A stretch of DNA of 64,000 bases from Podarcis bocagei (Eukaryota): the NCBI GenBank assembly GCA_964188305.1, contig OZ076886.1; one strand, written 5' to 3'. How positions within the stretch are numbered: the stretch's first letter is position 1; each line of letters opens with the position of its first letter. Positions 37,936 through 50,810 of the stretch are shown one piece after another. A model generated the notes under the pieces. It saw nothing but the letters and a program-made list of their open reading frames with translations. It made no database searches and was not told where the DNA came from. Made by a program: the position numbers and the translations under genes.

Positions 37936-38189
37936 CCTGAGGCCTTGAACAAGAACGGGTGAGAATGCACTACAGCATTGTGCTGCAGGCTTCACTTGCT
38001 CTGTCTGTGAACTAGGGTGGGCTGATGTGAAAGAGGGCATGGCTGATACACCTTTCATAGCTGCATAGAAGAGGGGTTTGGGGCAGACACAGCTTCCACG
38101 AGAGGCTCCACCTGCTGAAATCCTCTCGTCTATGCAACTATGATTGGTGCAGAAGCCCTGTTCTCTTTTGCAACTGGCTACCCCACTCT

Positions 38190-38879
38190 GAAGCTCAACA
38201 TTAAAAAAAACCGAAGATTATGGCCACTGGTCTCATCACCTCCTGACAAATAGAAGGGGAAGAAATGGAGGCAGTGAGAGGTTTTACTGTCTTGGGTTCC
38301 ATGATCACTGCAGATGGTGACAGTAGTCATGAAATTAAAAGACTCCTGCTTCTTGGGAGAAAAGCAATGACAAACCTAGACAGCATCTTAAAAAGCAGAG
38401 ACATTACCTTGCTGACAAAGGTCCGTATATGTAAAGCTATGGTTTTCCCAGTAGTGATGTATGGAAGTGAGAGCTGGACCATAAAGAAGGCTGATCGCCG
38501 AAGAATTGATGCTTTTGAATTATGGTGCTGGAGGAGACTCTTGAGAGTCCCATGGGCTGCAAGAAGATCAAACCAATCCATTCTGAAGGAAATCAGCCCT
38601 GAGTGCTCACTGGAAGGACAAATCTTGTAGCTGAGGCTCCAATACTTTGGCCACCTCATGAGAAGAGAAGGCTCCCTGGAAAAGACCCTGATGTTGGGAA
38701 AGATTGTGGGCACAAGGAGAAGGGGACGACAGAGGACGTGATGGCTGGACAGTGTTCTCGAAGCTACCAGCATGAGTTTGACCAAACTGCGGGAGGCAGT
38801 GGAAGACAGGAGTGCCTGGTGTGCTCTGGTCCATGGGGTCATGAAGAGTCAGACACGACTAAACGACTAAACAACAACG
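38190..38879 (+). mobile_element. BovB (RTE-clade LINE), 5'-truncated 3' end
   Basis: Translation GSMITADGDSSHEIKRLLLLGRKAMTNLDSILKSRDITLLTKVRICKAMVFPVVMYGSESWTIKKADRRRIDAFELWCWRRLLRVPW. Typical end gtccatggggtc...gacacgactaaacgactaaacaacaac. 10-bp TSD accccactct (38180-38189, 38880-38889). In-frame stops present. Confidence 0.95.
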
Positions 38880-39524
38880 ACCCCACTCTAAATATACAAT
38901 ACAGATGCAAGTAGAGGATATATTTATTAGTTATTATCCTTCCTTCCCCACATTTGTGAGTTCAGCAGAGTGCCATCCCTTCACAACCTTAAAGGATAAG
39001 CTAGTTTTAGCCTTTTAGTTTAAGTAATCCAGGATGCTTTAAGGCAGACTGAATTTTCCTGGTATTTCCCCCTTTTCTCCCCCTTAAACAATAATCACAC
39101 AGTCTTGTAAAAGGTAAAAAAATAACACTCACTCAGAGTTTCCATTGCTGAATGACAGATAACAGCAGCTTTGTTCAGGCAGGTTTAAAATGGCAATTGA
39201 GTTACAAAGACACTTAAGTCTACCTTAAGATGGTGTCAACAATGGAGCTCGGACATGCAGATTCTTCTCACATTTCTGGCTTGGTGATCAGATGAAGAGG
39301 AAGAGTGAAGAGAGGCAAAAGGCAATGTGTGCATGCAGGTAAGGAGAATATACACACATGACTATGCCCTCTCCAATCAGGGCACAGTGGGATTGTCTCT
39401 CAGAGTTCTCTCTAGCAAACTTACAGGAACACTCTGTGACCTTCAGCTCCTATCATGTGCCTGTCTAGCAAACAGGCATTGTAGGTTTGACTGCATTGTA
39501 AATATCCCACACTACAGACATATA

Positions 39525-39766
39525 CAGTAGTACCTCGGGTTAAGTACTTAATTCGTTCCAGAAGTCCGTTCTTAACCTGAAACTGTTCTTAACCTGAAGC
39601 ACCACTTTAGCTAATGGGGACTCCTGCTGCTGCCGCACCACCGGAGCACGATTTCTGTTCTCATTCTGAAGCAAAGTTCTTAACCTGAGGTACTATTTCT
39701 GGGTTAGCGGAGTCTGTAACCTGAAGCGTATGTAACCTGAAGCGTATGTAAGCCGAGGTACCACTG
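39525..39766. mobile_element. Tc1/mariner MITE, 242 bp (inverted relative to the 24393 copy)
   Basis: TA-cagtagtacctcggg...ccgaggtaccactg-TA. Confidence 0.92.
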
Positions 39767-40502
39767 TACTGTATATTGTGGCTAATAGCCCTTGATAGCT
39801 TCCCTTAGTTTATCTAATTCTGCTAAGAAGTGTCCATCAAAACATCCCATAAGATACATTCTGTTGGATAATTATGCATTGCATGACCATTAGAATGGAC
39901 AAAAGTTGATAACTGTTTGCTACAGATGTTGGTGGCTAGGTATCAATTCACCCTATACCTACCTACCTACCTACATTCATTCCTTCATTCATTCATTCAT
40001 TCATTCATTCGCTCGCCTGCCCAGGCACTCAGACCCAGCCTTCCATTTGGTATATACTTGCTTTGGAAAGCAGAGTGTGGTAACTGTGTCACTGTACATA
40101 CGGTCATCAGCAATTGTCATGATCCCAGCAGCTAGGAGGGAATGTGCCAATGTGTTTGCAGAAATGCTTCCTGGCCATATCCATTCACACATTGTGGTTG
40201 CCTGCATGAGTGGTTACCACAAGAATGTGTGCCTGTCAGAAAAATGTATTATGTGTCTAAAGGTTGCTGAATCCACGTTGGACATTTTCGTACCTAAAGT
40301 AAAATGTCAAAATGATACTCTCCTTGCTCATTATTTAAAATTATACCCAAAGATGGGGGAAGAAAATGCTATTCCTTCCAGGATTTGCTGCTCAAAGGAA
40401 CTGCTTCCCTTCCCTTCATGGTAAAGCTGACCTGGATCACTCATCTGTTCTGCCTCCTAGGGTTGGGGGATAAAGAAACACTGGTTTGCGTCTTTGGAAA
40501 TA

Positions 40503-40717
40503 CAGTGGTACCTCGGGTTAAGAACTTAATTTGTTCTGGAGGTCTGTTCTTAACCTGAAACTGTTCTTAACCTGAGGTACCACTTTAGCTAATGGGGCCT
40601 CCCGCTGCCACCACGTGATTTCTGTTCTCAACCTGAAGCCAAGTTCTTAACCTGAGGTACTATTTCTGGGTTAGCAGAGTCTGTAACCTGAAGCATCTGT
40701 AACCAGAGGTACCACTG
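40503..40717. mobile_element. Tc1/mariner MITE, shorter variant
   Basis: TA-cagtggtacctcggg...gaggtaccactg-TA. Confidence 0.9.
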
Positions 40718-41859
40718 TAAGCAACATCCTGAGATAATACCAGCCCTGCATCTTTTTTGCTGTTGCAACCTGCTCAAGGACAGCTCATTTAAGTCTACAA
40801 GACTAACATCAGCATTAGCATATCAGATAATCAGATCAGACTTTCTAGATAAGCACATGAATGGAGGAGCCAGAGGTGCCGGTTCAAGGCCACTGCTGAC
40901 ATTGTAGGAAAACATGCTGTCCACAAACCAGTCTCTAAGCAAATTGGCAGGCAGGCAAGCCAAGCAGGAGCATAAAGATTTAAGTATTTCAAGTAGTGGA
41001 AGGGTAAATGCTGGATTTTTAGAAGGTGTTAAGAAGTCTTTCTTGATAACTATGCACCCGCAGAATTTGTTGTGTGTGCCCTAACATCCAATGCTATCCG
41101 CTGATGTCCTCCTCCTCCACTTTTTCTTTGTGTTTTCAACAGCTGCAAACCACATTAAACAAACACTTTTCAATGGTTGAAATTGGTTCAATTCAATTTC
41201 AAAAGTGCCCCCTTTTTTTGGGAGGGAAAGAAGGTTCTTTCACAAGTTACCTTTAGAGGTAACTCTCAGTGGAGCTGGGAAGGCTGTCATTGTTTGCTGT
41301 TGGAGTATCTGGGGCTTCAACATGAGAGGCAGAAAATCATCAGGTGTAACTTTTCCTGGGAAGATGTGTATATACTTCACCTTCTGAACTGCTGCCACTT
41401 TTGCAGCTATTAAAGCCATAGAACATAATGTAATGGGTGGGGAGGTTAGCAGACACAGAGCCAGGAAGTTTCTCTTTACTTTCTAGCATCTTGATCTCTC
41501 TGGCCCAGAGGTGCACTAAGATGTCTGGCCCTCCACAAAGTCAAACCAAGTTAAGCATTTAAAATAGTCTTGGAGCTGTTCATTTTAAATCCCTTTGGAG
41601 CACCATGGGAAGTAGCTAAGTACTTTAAGTCCCTTTAAAGGACCCTGGAAACCCCTTAGTATGGCCTCATCAGTTACTGGCATTAAAACTATTTAAGCAA
41701 ACTGTGCTTGAGCCTGCCCTGGTGAACTTTTCATATGTAAGGAAGAGCTGGAGAAGATTCCTGGTCTCATGCATACTGGGGTGTGGGGAAGGGCTGGGTT
41801 GGAGCAAGAAGACAACTCCTGGGATGCAGTCCAGCTATTCTGACACCATGTGAGCTTTA

Positions 41860-42206
41860 CAGTGGTACCTCGCAAGACGAATGCCTCGCAAGACAAAAAA
41901 CTCACTAGACGAAAGGGTTTTTTGTGCTGCTTCGCAAGACGATTTTCCCTATGGGCTTGCTTCGCAAGACGGAAACATCTTGCAAGTTTGTTTCTTTTTT
42001 CTTAACACCGTTAATACAGTTGTGACTTGACTTCGAGGAGCAACTCATAGAACGCGGTGTGGTAGCCTTTTTTGAGGTTTTTAAAGAATTTGGTGATTTT
42101 TGAAGCTTTTCCAAAACTTTCCCGACACCGTGCTTCGCAAGACGAAAAAATCGCAAGACGACAAAACTCGCGGAACGAATTAATTTCGTCTTGCGAGGCA
42201 CCACTG
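41860..42206. mobile_element. Tc1/mariner MITE with repeated TCGCAAGAC motifs
   Basis: TA-cagtggtacctcgcaagacgaa...ttcgtcttgcgaggcaccactg-TA; about six internal tcgcaagac copies. Confidence 0.9.
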
Positions 42207-43195
42207 TATTTTGGAAAGAGCAACTTCACAAAAAACAGAACCCATTATATGGGTGGAGGGTTTCTTCAAAGGAATAGGAATTGTAGAGATGGCTGTGTGC
42301 GATCCAAGATGATCCAGAACTGTTAACTTCACAAAGGCACCACAGCCTTCATGCTGTTACTTTCTAGGCACCTTCAGCATTGTGCCAGCATGTCACCAGT
42401 CAGTCCCAGGAGCCCAAGTCAGCATAATGGCTCTACCTACAGCGAAAACAAGCTTTGGATGGGAAAGCCCAGCAGACCAGATGGCATCCTTAACATCAGG
42501 CATGGAATTCTATTCCGCAGCAACCCAAAGCCCACCCTGCAAAATGCACTGTTTGTTTTGCCATGGGGCAGATGTGAATCCACATCCTTGGGACAGAGAT
42601 TTGCGCTTTCTGGAGCCTTGGGGAAACATCTTGACCAGTGTGATAAATTGCCCTCATTTTGCACCTTTGGCTGCTTTCTCATCTGTCTCCAGCATCCCAA
42701 CTTCTAAGCAGCTTTCTAATGGCTGCCATTAGGTTTTAATTAAAAGAACCTGCCCCTTGGGGATTGCAGCTTTTCTTTTCATGTCCATGCAGCACACACA
42801 TGCATTCACTCCATGACAAGCACACTCTTCCTTTTCCATGTTTCTAAGGGGCATTTTTTTTTAGATGCAAAAAACCCACATTTAAAGTAGCCGATCTTTT
42901 CCTAGTAAAATTGAATGTAGACACTGAAACCTCACACACTTCCACTTTGTTTATGCCCATGAGATACCACTGTGATATTCCAAAGCACATTTAAAAGTTA
43001 GCTGGGGAGCAGGGGCCCAGCTTCTATATCCCCCTTTCTTTGGGCCAAACATGGCAACAAATCTTTGCAATAGCTTTAGAAATATGGATGGTGAAGTTGT
43101 GGAAGCACTTGGATGGCTGACCACTTTCTGGCTTGTGACCGTGGAGAACTATGTTTGGCTGTGGGATATACGACAAAAGCCTGGGAATAGATGAG

Positions 43196-43240
<45 letters not shown>

Positions 43241-44695
43241 CAAACACCCTGAAAGTACACAGATAAGCAGTGTCCCATAAAGAAGAAGCACAGAACATCA
43301 GAGACGAATTGTCCATCCATAAGCATGCTTACCCACTGAGCTTGGTGAGTCCTACTTCCAAGCTAGTAAGTCTTAGAATCAGAATTAAGGATGGCAGAGG
43401 GCTGGGGGAGATGCCATCTATATTTTGCACCCACTACTTTGCCTACTAGAAGGTAGGGATAAATGACTGAAACTGGATCTCTTGGGGGACTCAATTGTAT
43501 TATATTGCATATAAATAATTGCTGGTTCCTATTATGTGTTATTTAATTTATTCATAAAGCCTGCTCCTTATTTTGCACTCCATGGGGCTGCAAGTATAGC
43601 ATCTTACAGTCCTATAAAATAAAACAACCAACCTAAAAGTAAGCATACCAACTGGGAGACGGACTCCCAAGTTTCATGGACTACTGATCTCTCCCAATAA
43701 CGAGACATTTTGGGTGCACCTCTCTCTAAAGTTGCTGCCCAGGAGCCAGTGCAAAGGCGCCCAACATCTCTGCAGTGGTCAAAAGCAGACAAATCTTCTG
43801 CAGACTGCAACTGCACATGCCTACTCCTGTGGTACAGAACATGTAGTCCTCCAGTTGTCACCGAATTGCACTTGTCATAATCCCTGACCCTTGGTAATGC
43901 TGGGCAGGGGGCTGATGAGAGCTGGGGTCCAGCAGCACCCAGAGGGTCCACATCTCTGCATCTAGCTAGCCCAAAGATACAAAAACAATTTATGCAGAGT
44001 GGGACCTCTGAACTGCATTTCATTTCTTTTTTCTTGGGCACCATGTTGTGATATTGCCTTGACTCTTCTTCCAATGACATTCTGGCAAATTAAATAGGTG
44101 TTCCTCTTGTCCAAAGGGGACTCAGAACTTGGGATGGAAGCAGCATCTTCCAGGGCACCAGTTCATGTTGATAAACATTTGATTTTATATCTTCATGTCA
44201 AAGAAAAATGAAACTACTAGCTTTCTGTTGTCCCACACAGGTCCAGCCCTGCCATTTGGCAGAGTGAACAGCGGCCTGAAGCAGCAGGTTTAGCTGTCAT
44301 GAAAGGGGAGGCAGTTTTTTGCTACTTGGCTTTTTTATTCCTGGGAGAAGGGAAGGGAAGAGGTGCTTGCAGGATTTTCTGTCTCAGCTGCCATAATAGC
44401 TGTCCTATCTAAGACTTGAGGCGGGGGGGGGGCACGATTTGATGCTCTGTCTCGGGCATCAAAATGTTTTAGGCCTGTGGGAAATTAGAGTGGACACTTA
44501 GAACATACCCAACGTGTGTTTGAGGGAGAAACCATCCGCTGCTGGGAATATGATGACTGGCTCTCCCAACCTTTTGACTTTAAAGAAACATGGGTAGTGG
44601 GCTCCATTGTTGATCAGCGTAGCTGTGCTTGCCATTTCACCCAATCTAAATTCTTCCCCCCAACTCTACCCCACCCCAGGTTGCTATTAGACCCA

Positions 44696-45044
44696 TAAAG
44701 GTAAAGGTAAAGGGACCCCTGACCATTAGATCCAGTCGTGGCCGACTCTGGGGTTGTGGTGCTCATCTCGCCGAGGGAGCCGGCATACAGCTTCTGGGTC
44801 ATGTGGCCAGCATGACTAAGCCGCTTCTGGTGAGCCAGAGCAGTACACGGAAACGCCGTTTACCTTTCTGCTGGAGCGGTACCTATTTAACTACTTGCAC
44901 TTTCACATGCTTTCATACTGCTAGGTTGGCAGGAGCAAGGACCGAGCAACGGGAGCTCACCCCGTTGTGGGGACTCAAACCGCCGACCTTCTGATTGGCA
45001 ATTCCTAGGCTCTGTGGTTTAACCCACAGCGCCACCCGCATCCC
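44696..45044 (-). mobile_element. Sauria SINE (POM-like), full length
   Basis: Minus-strand head GGGATGCGGGTGGCGCTGTGGGTTAAACCACAGAGCC; tail (ACCTTT)n; 11-bp TSD tattagaccca (44685-44695, 45048-45058). Confidence 0.92.
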
Positions 45045-46284
45045 TTATATTAGACCCACAGGGAGGGGCAATTTAGATCAGGTAAATGGCACGGGTAAAG
45101 ACTGAATATGCCCTCCCACCCAAACACCTGCTCTGGGCAGGTTCAGAGGTCCCTGCTGCAGCTTCATTAAAGGAAAAACAAATTCAATCATGGCTCTCCT
45201 ACATAATGTGTAGCTTGGCCCTGACATGGAACATCCGAGATCAGCCCTGGCAGACAAGCTGTCTTTCACTGCAGCCCTCTAAGCCCATCTGAGGAATGAC
45301 ATTTGTAGCCCCTGGAAAAATAATAATACAGTAATGAAACCAACAGGCTTCATCATAGACAGATAACAATGGCAATGTCAGGAATAAGAAGAGGAAACCT
45401 TGAAGAGGAGTCCCTCTGCTTCTTGTAAACTACTCATGCTGAATATAGCAAAGAGCCTTTCACAGGGAGAAGAATGGAGGACAGCACGATGTGAAAGTTG
45501 TCATTGGATGGCTTCTTTTTCTTTTTCTAACCTACTAAGGATTCAAGACGGTTTAATAAGGAATGCAGAAAATAACAGGTCCTCTTCAGGTTCTTGAGAG
45601 AGTATTCATTTTCCCAAGGGAAGAAAACCCACTCTGCTTTTTAGAAGCTGATAGCAAAGCAACCTTGAACAGCAGCATTACTGTGTCTCTACAATAGTGC
45701 TCCCAAATGGGGTCAAGCCAATGTTCCAACTATATCAATGCACTTCAGAAGTCATTTGAAGCAGAACAATTGGGATGTAGGTGCCTCTTTACATTCCTTC
45801 CTAGCTTCCAGGAGCCAAGGACACCTTGACACATGGATCTTGTTTGACATTCTACATTTAATCACAGTGGCAACCACATTCCAAGAATGGGCCTCTTTTA
45901 GAACTGATCATATTGGTTTGCGTTTTCAGATTATAACATTTATTTGTTCAGAATTTATCTTCATCACCAGCGCTTGATATCATATGGTGGAAATATGGCA
46001 AGTTCCGTTGCAGGCTCACAAAGTACATTATCCCCTCTCCCACTGGCCTGGTCATAATAGATGGGGCATAGTACCTTAGTCAAGGATATTATCATTACAA
46101 TAAATCTGGGGCTTCTAGGAACAAGGACTCATCTCTCCAAGGTACACACCTATTACTATTTGCCTTGACTGTGCTAAACCACAGATCTGAAAACTGTTTT
46201 AAAAATCCTCAGTGTTGTTTCTGAAGACATACTGTATCCTGGATTCCAAATTTCCTTGTTTAGCTTTTTAGCCGTTGCCATTTG

Positions 46285-46910
46285 TTTTTCTTTCTCCTCC
46301 CCGCCCCCCTAATTTTTATTAAATTTTCTCTTTTACATTTTAGAATATTCATTTAAACAACCTTAAAATATCAATGCCTTCCCTTCTTCTCTTTCCATGG
46401 TTCATTTTGCGTAACATAAATCTCTGCATATTTTATATAAACCAAACCATTCAGTATCCCATTATTACATCCATCAAAACTTATTTACACTGTTGTATAT
46501 ATCTTAATGCTGCCCATATTTTCAAATATATACAATTTCCCCCATATATTCAATAAACATTTTCCAATCTTCTCTAAAGCTATGTTCTTCTTGTTCTCTT
46601 ATTCTATATGTTAGGTCTGCAAGCTGTGGATTTTCCATCAGTTTAAGTTGCCATTCTTCTTTAGTTGGGACTTCGCTCATTTTCCATTTAGGGGCAAACA
46701 AAACACAGGCCACAGTCGTGGCATACATAAAAAACCTTTTTTGACACCTGGGTATTTCTCTGGGTAATTATCCCCAACTAAAAGGACACTGGTTGTTGTT
46801 TTTTTAATTACTTTTAAACTTTTCCCCCCAATTTGTTATGAATCATTTCCCAATACTCTTTTACTCTTTTAAAAGTCCACCGCATATGATAGAAAGTACA
46901 TTCTGCCATA
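46285..46910 (-). mobile_element. Degraded L1-clade LINE 3' fragment
   Basis: Broken ORF2 C-terminus (ECTFYHMRWT..RVKEYWEMIHNKL; MYATTVACVLFAPKWK..VPTKEEWQLKLME) and AATAAA at 46315-46320 on the minus strand. Confidence 0.8.
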
Positions 46911-47433
46911 TGCATTTCAAAACAGTGATGCAGAATTGTGTCCAGCATATTCTTATGCCTTCCTCCCCTCCTTTGTAACCTGCAGAATATGTAGGCAATC
47001 AAATCAGGAGCAGAATGATTTTGAGAAACATGCATTAGGACATGATTCATCTGGGGTGGAAAGCAAAGGATCTAGTACAGCTCATTGGGATAGCTAAGTG
47101 TACCACTAAATATTGTAAACAAACGCCAAAGCTTAAAAAGAAAGATAGAAAAGAGGTTCCACTATCCATCATATGTGTGCTGCAATATGTTTATGTATCC
47201 TAGATGTAGTATAGGGTTAGCTAAATTTCTTCCTTCTACAGGCCAGGGCTGCCACTCAAATTATAGAGTGTGGTAGAGTTGTTAAAGAGTTCCGTCAAGA
47301 TCAGGGAGTCCAGTGCTCAAATCCACACTCAACAGTGAAGCTCACTCGGCGCTCTAACCTAACTCGGCCCTAACCTAACTTATGGTACCTTGCAGGGTGG
47401 TTGTGAGAATAAAGAGGATCGGGGAAAACAATA

Positions 47434-47659
47434 CAGTGGTACCTCGGGTTAAGAACTTAATTCGTTCTGGAGGTCCATTCTTAACTTGAAGCTGTTCTTA
47501 ACCTGAAGCACCACTTTAGCTAATGGGGCCTTCTGCCGCCGTTGTGCCGCCGCTGCATGATTTCTGTTCTCATCCTGAAGCAAAGTTATTAACCCGAGGT
47601 ACTATTTCTGGGTTAGCGGAGTCTGTAACCTGAAGCATCTGTAACATGACATACCACTG
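47434..47659. mobile_element. Tc1/mariner MITE
   Basis: TA-cagtggtacctcggg...taccactg-TA, inserted into a CORE/MIR-like fragment (~47270-47430). Confidence 0.88.
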
Positions 47660-48060
47660 TACACATTAGTTTGAACTCCTTAGAGGAAGGGCAGGAAAAT
47701 AATGTGATGCAGGTGTGGAGAACATCTGGAAGGTCAAAGGTTCCCCACACCTCATGTCAGTACAAGGGTTAACAACACAGTGCCTTCTAGATGTTGCTGG
47801 ACTACGATTCCCATCATCCCCATGCACATCACTTCATTACTCCAAAGGTCATATTAGGTACGGTAATTGGTGGGCGAAGATGGCCAGCATCTCTGTGGAC
47901 CTTATACTACCTGTTTATACAGACTTTCATAATCTCTAGACTGTAGAATAAAAAGTCATAAAACGTAGACTAAAATGTCATAATAAAATGTTACACTTTG
48001 TTGACCAATTTTATTTTATTGATCACGGAAATTCTTGAGCCATCAAAACTTGTTATAACA

Positions 48061-48186
48061 CAGAGCTTCCCAAACTTGGGTCCCCTGTTTTTGGACTACA
48101 ATTCCCATCATCCCTGACCACTGGTCCTGCTAGCTAGGGACGATGTGGTCCAAAAACAGCTGGAGACCCAAGTTTGGGAAACCCTG
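48061..48186. mobile_element. Short palindromic MITE
   Basis: cagagcttcccaaacttgggtc / gacccaagtttgggaaaccctg. Confidence 0.8.
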
Positions 48187-48898
48187 TCATCCTCTGACAA
48201 CCTATATTAGTACCGAAAAGTTCATCTTTTCCTCTTACTTTTGGGCCAGTTTATCAGTATTTTGGTTCTGGAGGGGTCATGCATTGTCTCTACCACTTAC
48301 TTCTTGAGGGAAGGTTGTCGAAGTCCTCTGTGTTTCACTGGGATAAGACGGACAGCTTTGATAGTTGAAGATAGATTAGTTCAGGGTTTCATCTTAAACA
48401 TAGTTTTGAAGTCTTTCCTAAAGCCATGTTAGGACCTCGCCTCAGACTGGCAGCAGGAAGCTTTGAATGTCTTCTGGTACAGAGCACTTTGTGCTTTGAA
48501 GACTTCAGACAACAGTCCAGTTACCAAAACGTAGATGCATGCCTTTGGCCCCATCCCCTTAGCATTTGATTCTGCCCACTTGGTCCTTGGAGGGCTGGTC
48601 AAATATGAATCCAACTCTCAGGCTGAGAAGGGTTCCCCACCCCTGACACAGAGGTTGATTTTACCAGTATATTCAAGATCTTGAAATATTCAGAAGACAA
48701 ACAAGGAGGCTGCAAACCTAAGCACAGATGCTATGAAATGAGCTTCACTGGCCTCCATGGCACTTGCTTTTTTTAAGTGCTTCAGAATTAAGCCGCTAGG
48801 ATTGGTGAAAGCAGGAGACAATTCAGAGATATCACCCTGTCTTATCAGGGGGGCTGTCTGAAATGAAACTAAAGACTCTGGATTGAGAATTGCATTCC

Positions 48899-49738
48899 TT
48901 TACCATCTGCCTGATAATAAATGTTGGAAATGTAATGAGACTGAAGGTACATTCTTTCACCTTTGGTGGACGTGCCCAAGGATTAAGACATTCTGGGAGG
49001 TGATCTATAATGAAATGAAAAAGGTATTTAAATATACCTTTCTGAAGAAACCAGAGGCCTTTCTCCTGGGCATGGTCGGCCAATTGGTGATGAAGAAGGA
49101 TAGAATTTTCTTTATGTATGCTACAACAGCAGCAAGAATACTTATCGCAAAGTATTGGAAGACACAAGATTTACCCACCCAGGAAGAATGGCAGATGAAG
49201 CTGAAGGACTTCATGGAACTGGCGGAAATGACTGGCAGAATCCGAGACCAGGGAGAAGAGTCGGTGGAAGAAGATTGGAAAAAATTTAAAGACTATTTAC
49301 AGAAACACTGTAAAATTAATGAATGTTAGAAGGATGCTGGAATGAAGTTATATGGCTTTAGCAGAAATGTTATAAAGAATTAAGTAAAAATAGACTGTTA
49401 ATGGGCTAAAGGGGGGGGGAAACAAGGTTAGATTGTGTTAAGATAAATTATAGGACAAAAACTGAGAAAGATGGAAAGGATTTGCTGAAATAGCTAACTG
49501 AACTAGAATACAAAAAAGGGAGGTGTGAGGAGGTCGTCGAAACAAGTAAATGAAAGACAAGATATGGAAATATGGGATGTGTTTTTAATTGATTCTGTTT
49601 TTGTTCTTGTTTTTGTTTAGTTAAGATAAGCAGTGTTTTTTATTTTTTATGTATTGTATTGTTTTGCTTTGTTTAACTCTTTTCTTTTCTTTCTGTAACT
49701 TTTAAACTCTTAATAAACATTATTTTTTTTAAAAAAGA
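48899..49738 (+). mobile_element. 5'-truncated L1-clade LINE (ORF2 CCHC C-terminus, 3'UTR, poly(A) signal)
   Basis: Open frame to 49329 with CWKCNETEGTFFHLWWTC zinc knuckle; AATAAA at ~49712; 14-bp perfect TSD gagaattgcattcc (48885-48898, 49739-49752). Confidence 0.93.
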
Positions 49739-50684
49739 GAGAATTGCATTCCAAGCATACAGGTGCCGGGCAGACACGCCTTCTGCTGGATTTGTATGTA
49801 TCTGCACAGCTCTTTTATCAATGCTGAAAATGACATTGAACCTTTTGCCGTGCAGAATGGTGTCAGATATTCTGTGAATCGTCAGCAAAAATGTGAAAAG
49901 GCTTTTCCTGAGTTAGTGTTGTGAATGCAAAGGAAAAATATTTGTTATAATAATAGGGAAGGCGACACTCTAAGTGGCCTTTATTATTAGATCCTCCTCA
50001 AAGGCACCCCAATGTTGCCCAGTTACAATTATATACAATTATCCACCTTGGGTCACTGTCAGGGAAAAAGGTGGGGCATAAATAAATAGATGATGATGAT
50101 GAAAAGCAATAGCTAGGATTGAAAAGAACAGTGGTATTTGTTCTGTGAGCCAAAGAGGGCTTTAGACTTGCTTTTCACAAGCAGCAGACTCTATGCTTAC
50201 CTGGAAAGCTCCTTTCGAAAGGGAGCGGTTTCAGAGGCAGTTTGCAAAACATCCAACGATGTGTTTCAGGTGATCCAAAGAAAGCACTTAATATTGTCAG
50301 TAGACTTGTCGTCTTGCAAGAGAGTCTAAAACAGCTTCTAGCAGCTGTCACCCCTATATGCCTGCAAATGTTTCCCCCTCTGTTCCTTGGCTGGGGGGGG
50401 GGGAAATATCCGAATGAAAAGGATGGGATGTGAGCCAACATTCATTCAGTTTTTAGTCTTGGTGAAGGACATTAGCGGGCAGCTCTGCGCTTGACTAAAA
50501 ACTGCTATTCATTTTATCCTCGGTGCAGCTTTGTGAAAGAGGTAGCATTAATTCACATTTTACATGTGCGGAAAGTGTAAGTGACTTTCAAGACTGGGCT
50601 AGCTGTTATATATAAAGAAAGAAAAAGCATGACTAGGGCAATCTGAGACACATTGCCAGGTTCCACAAGCATAACCGGCACAGG

Positions 50685-50810
50685 CAGTGCTATTCTTCTA
50701 GAAAAAGGGGTGTTGGAACTCACCACAAACTTCTCCCTTGTTCTCTAAGAATGGCAATGGCACCCACCTGAGAGGTGCTGGAACTGAGCTCCGGCTGAAA
50801 AAAAGCCCTG
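50685..50810. mobile_element. hAT-type MITE
   Basis: Ends cagtgctattctt / aaaaaaagccctg; degenerate TSD ggcacagg / cgtacagg. Confidence 0.65.

Noticed and set aside
41860-42206. CRISPR-like array from repeated TCGCAAGAC
   Set aside because: Irregular spacing, eukaryotic context, and enclosed by TIRs and TA duplication, so these are MITE subterminal repeats.
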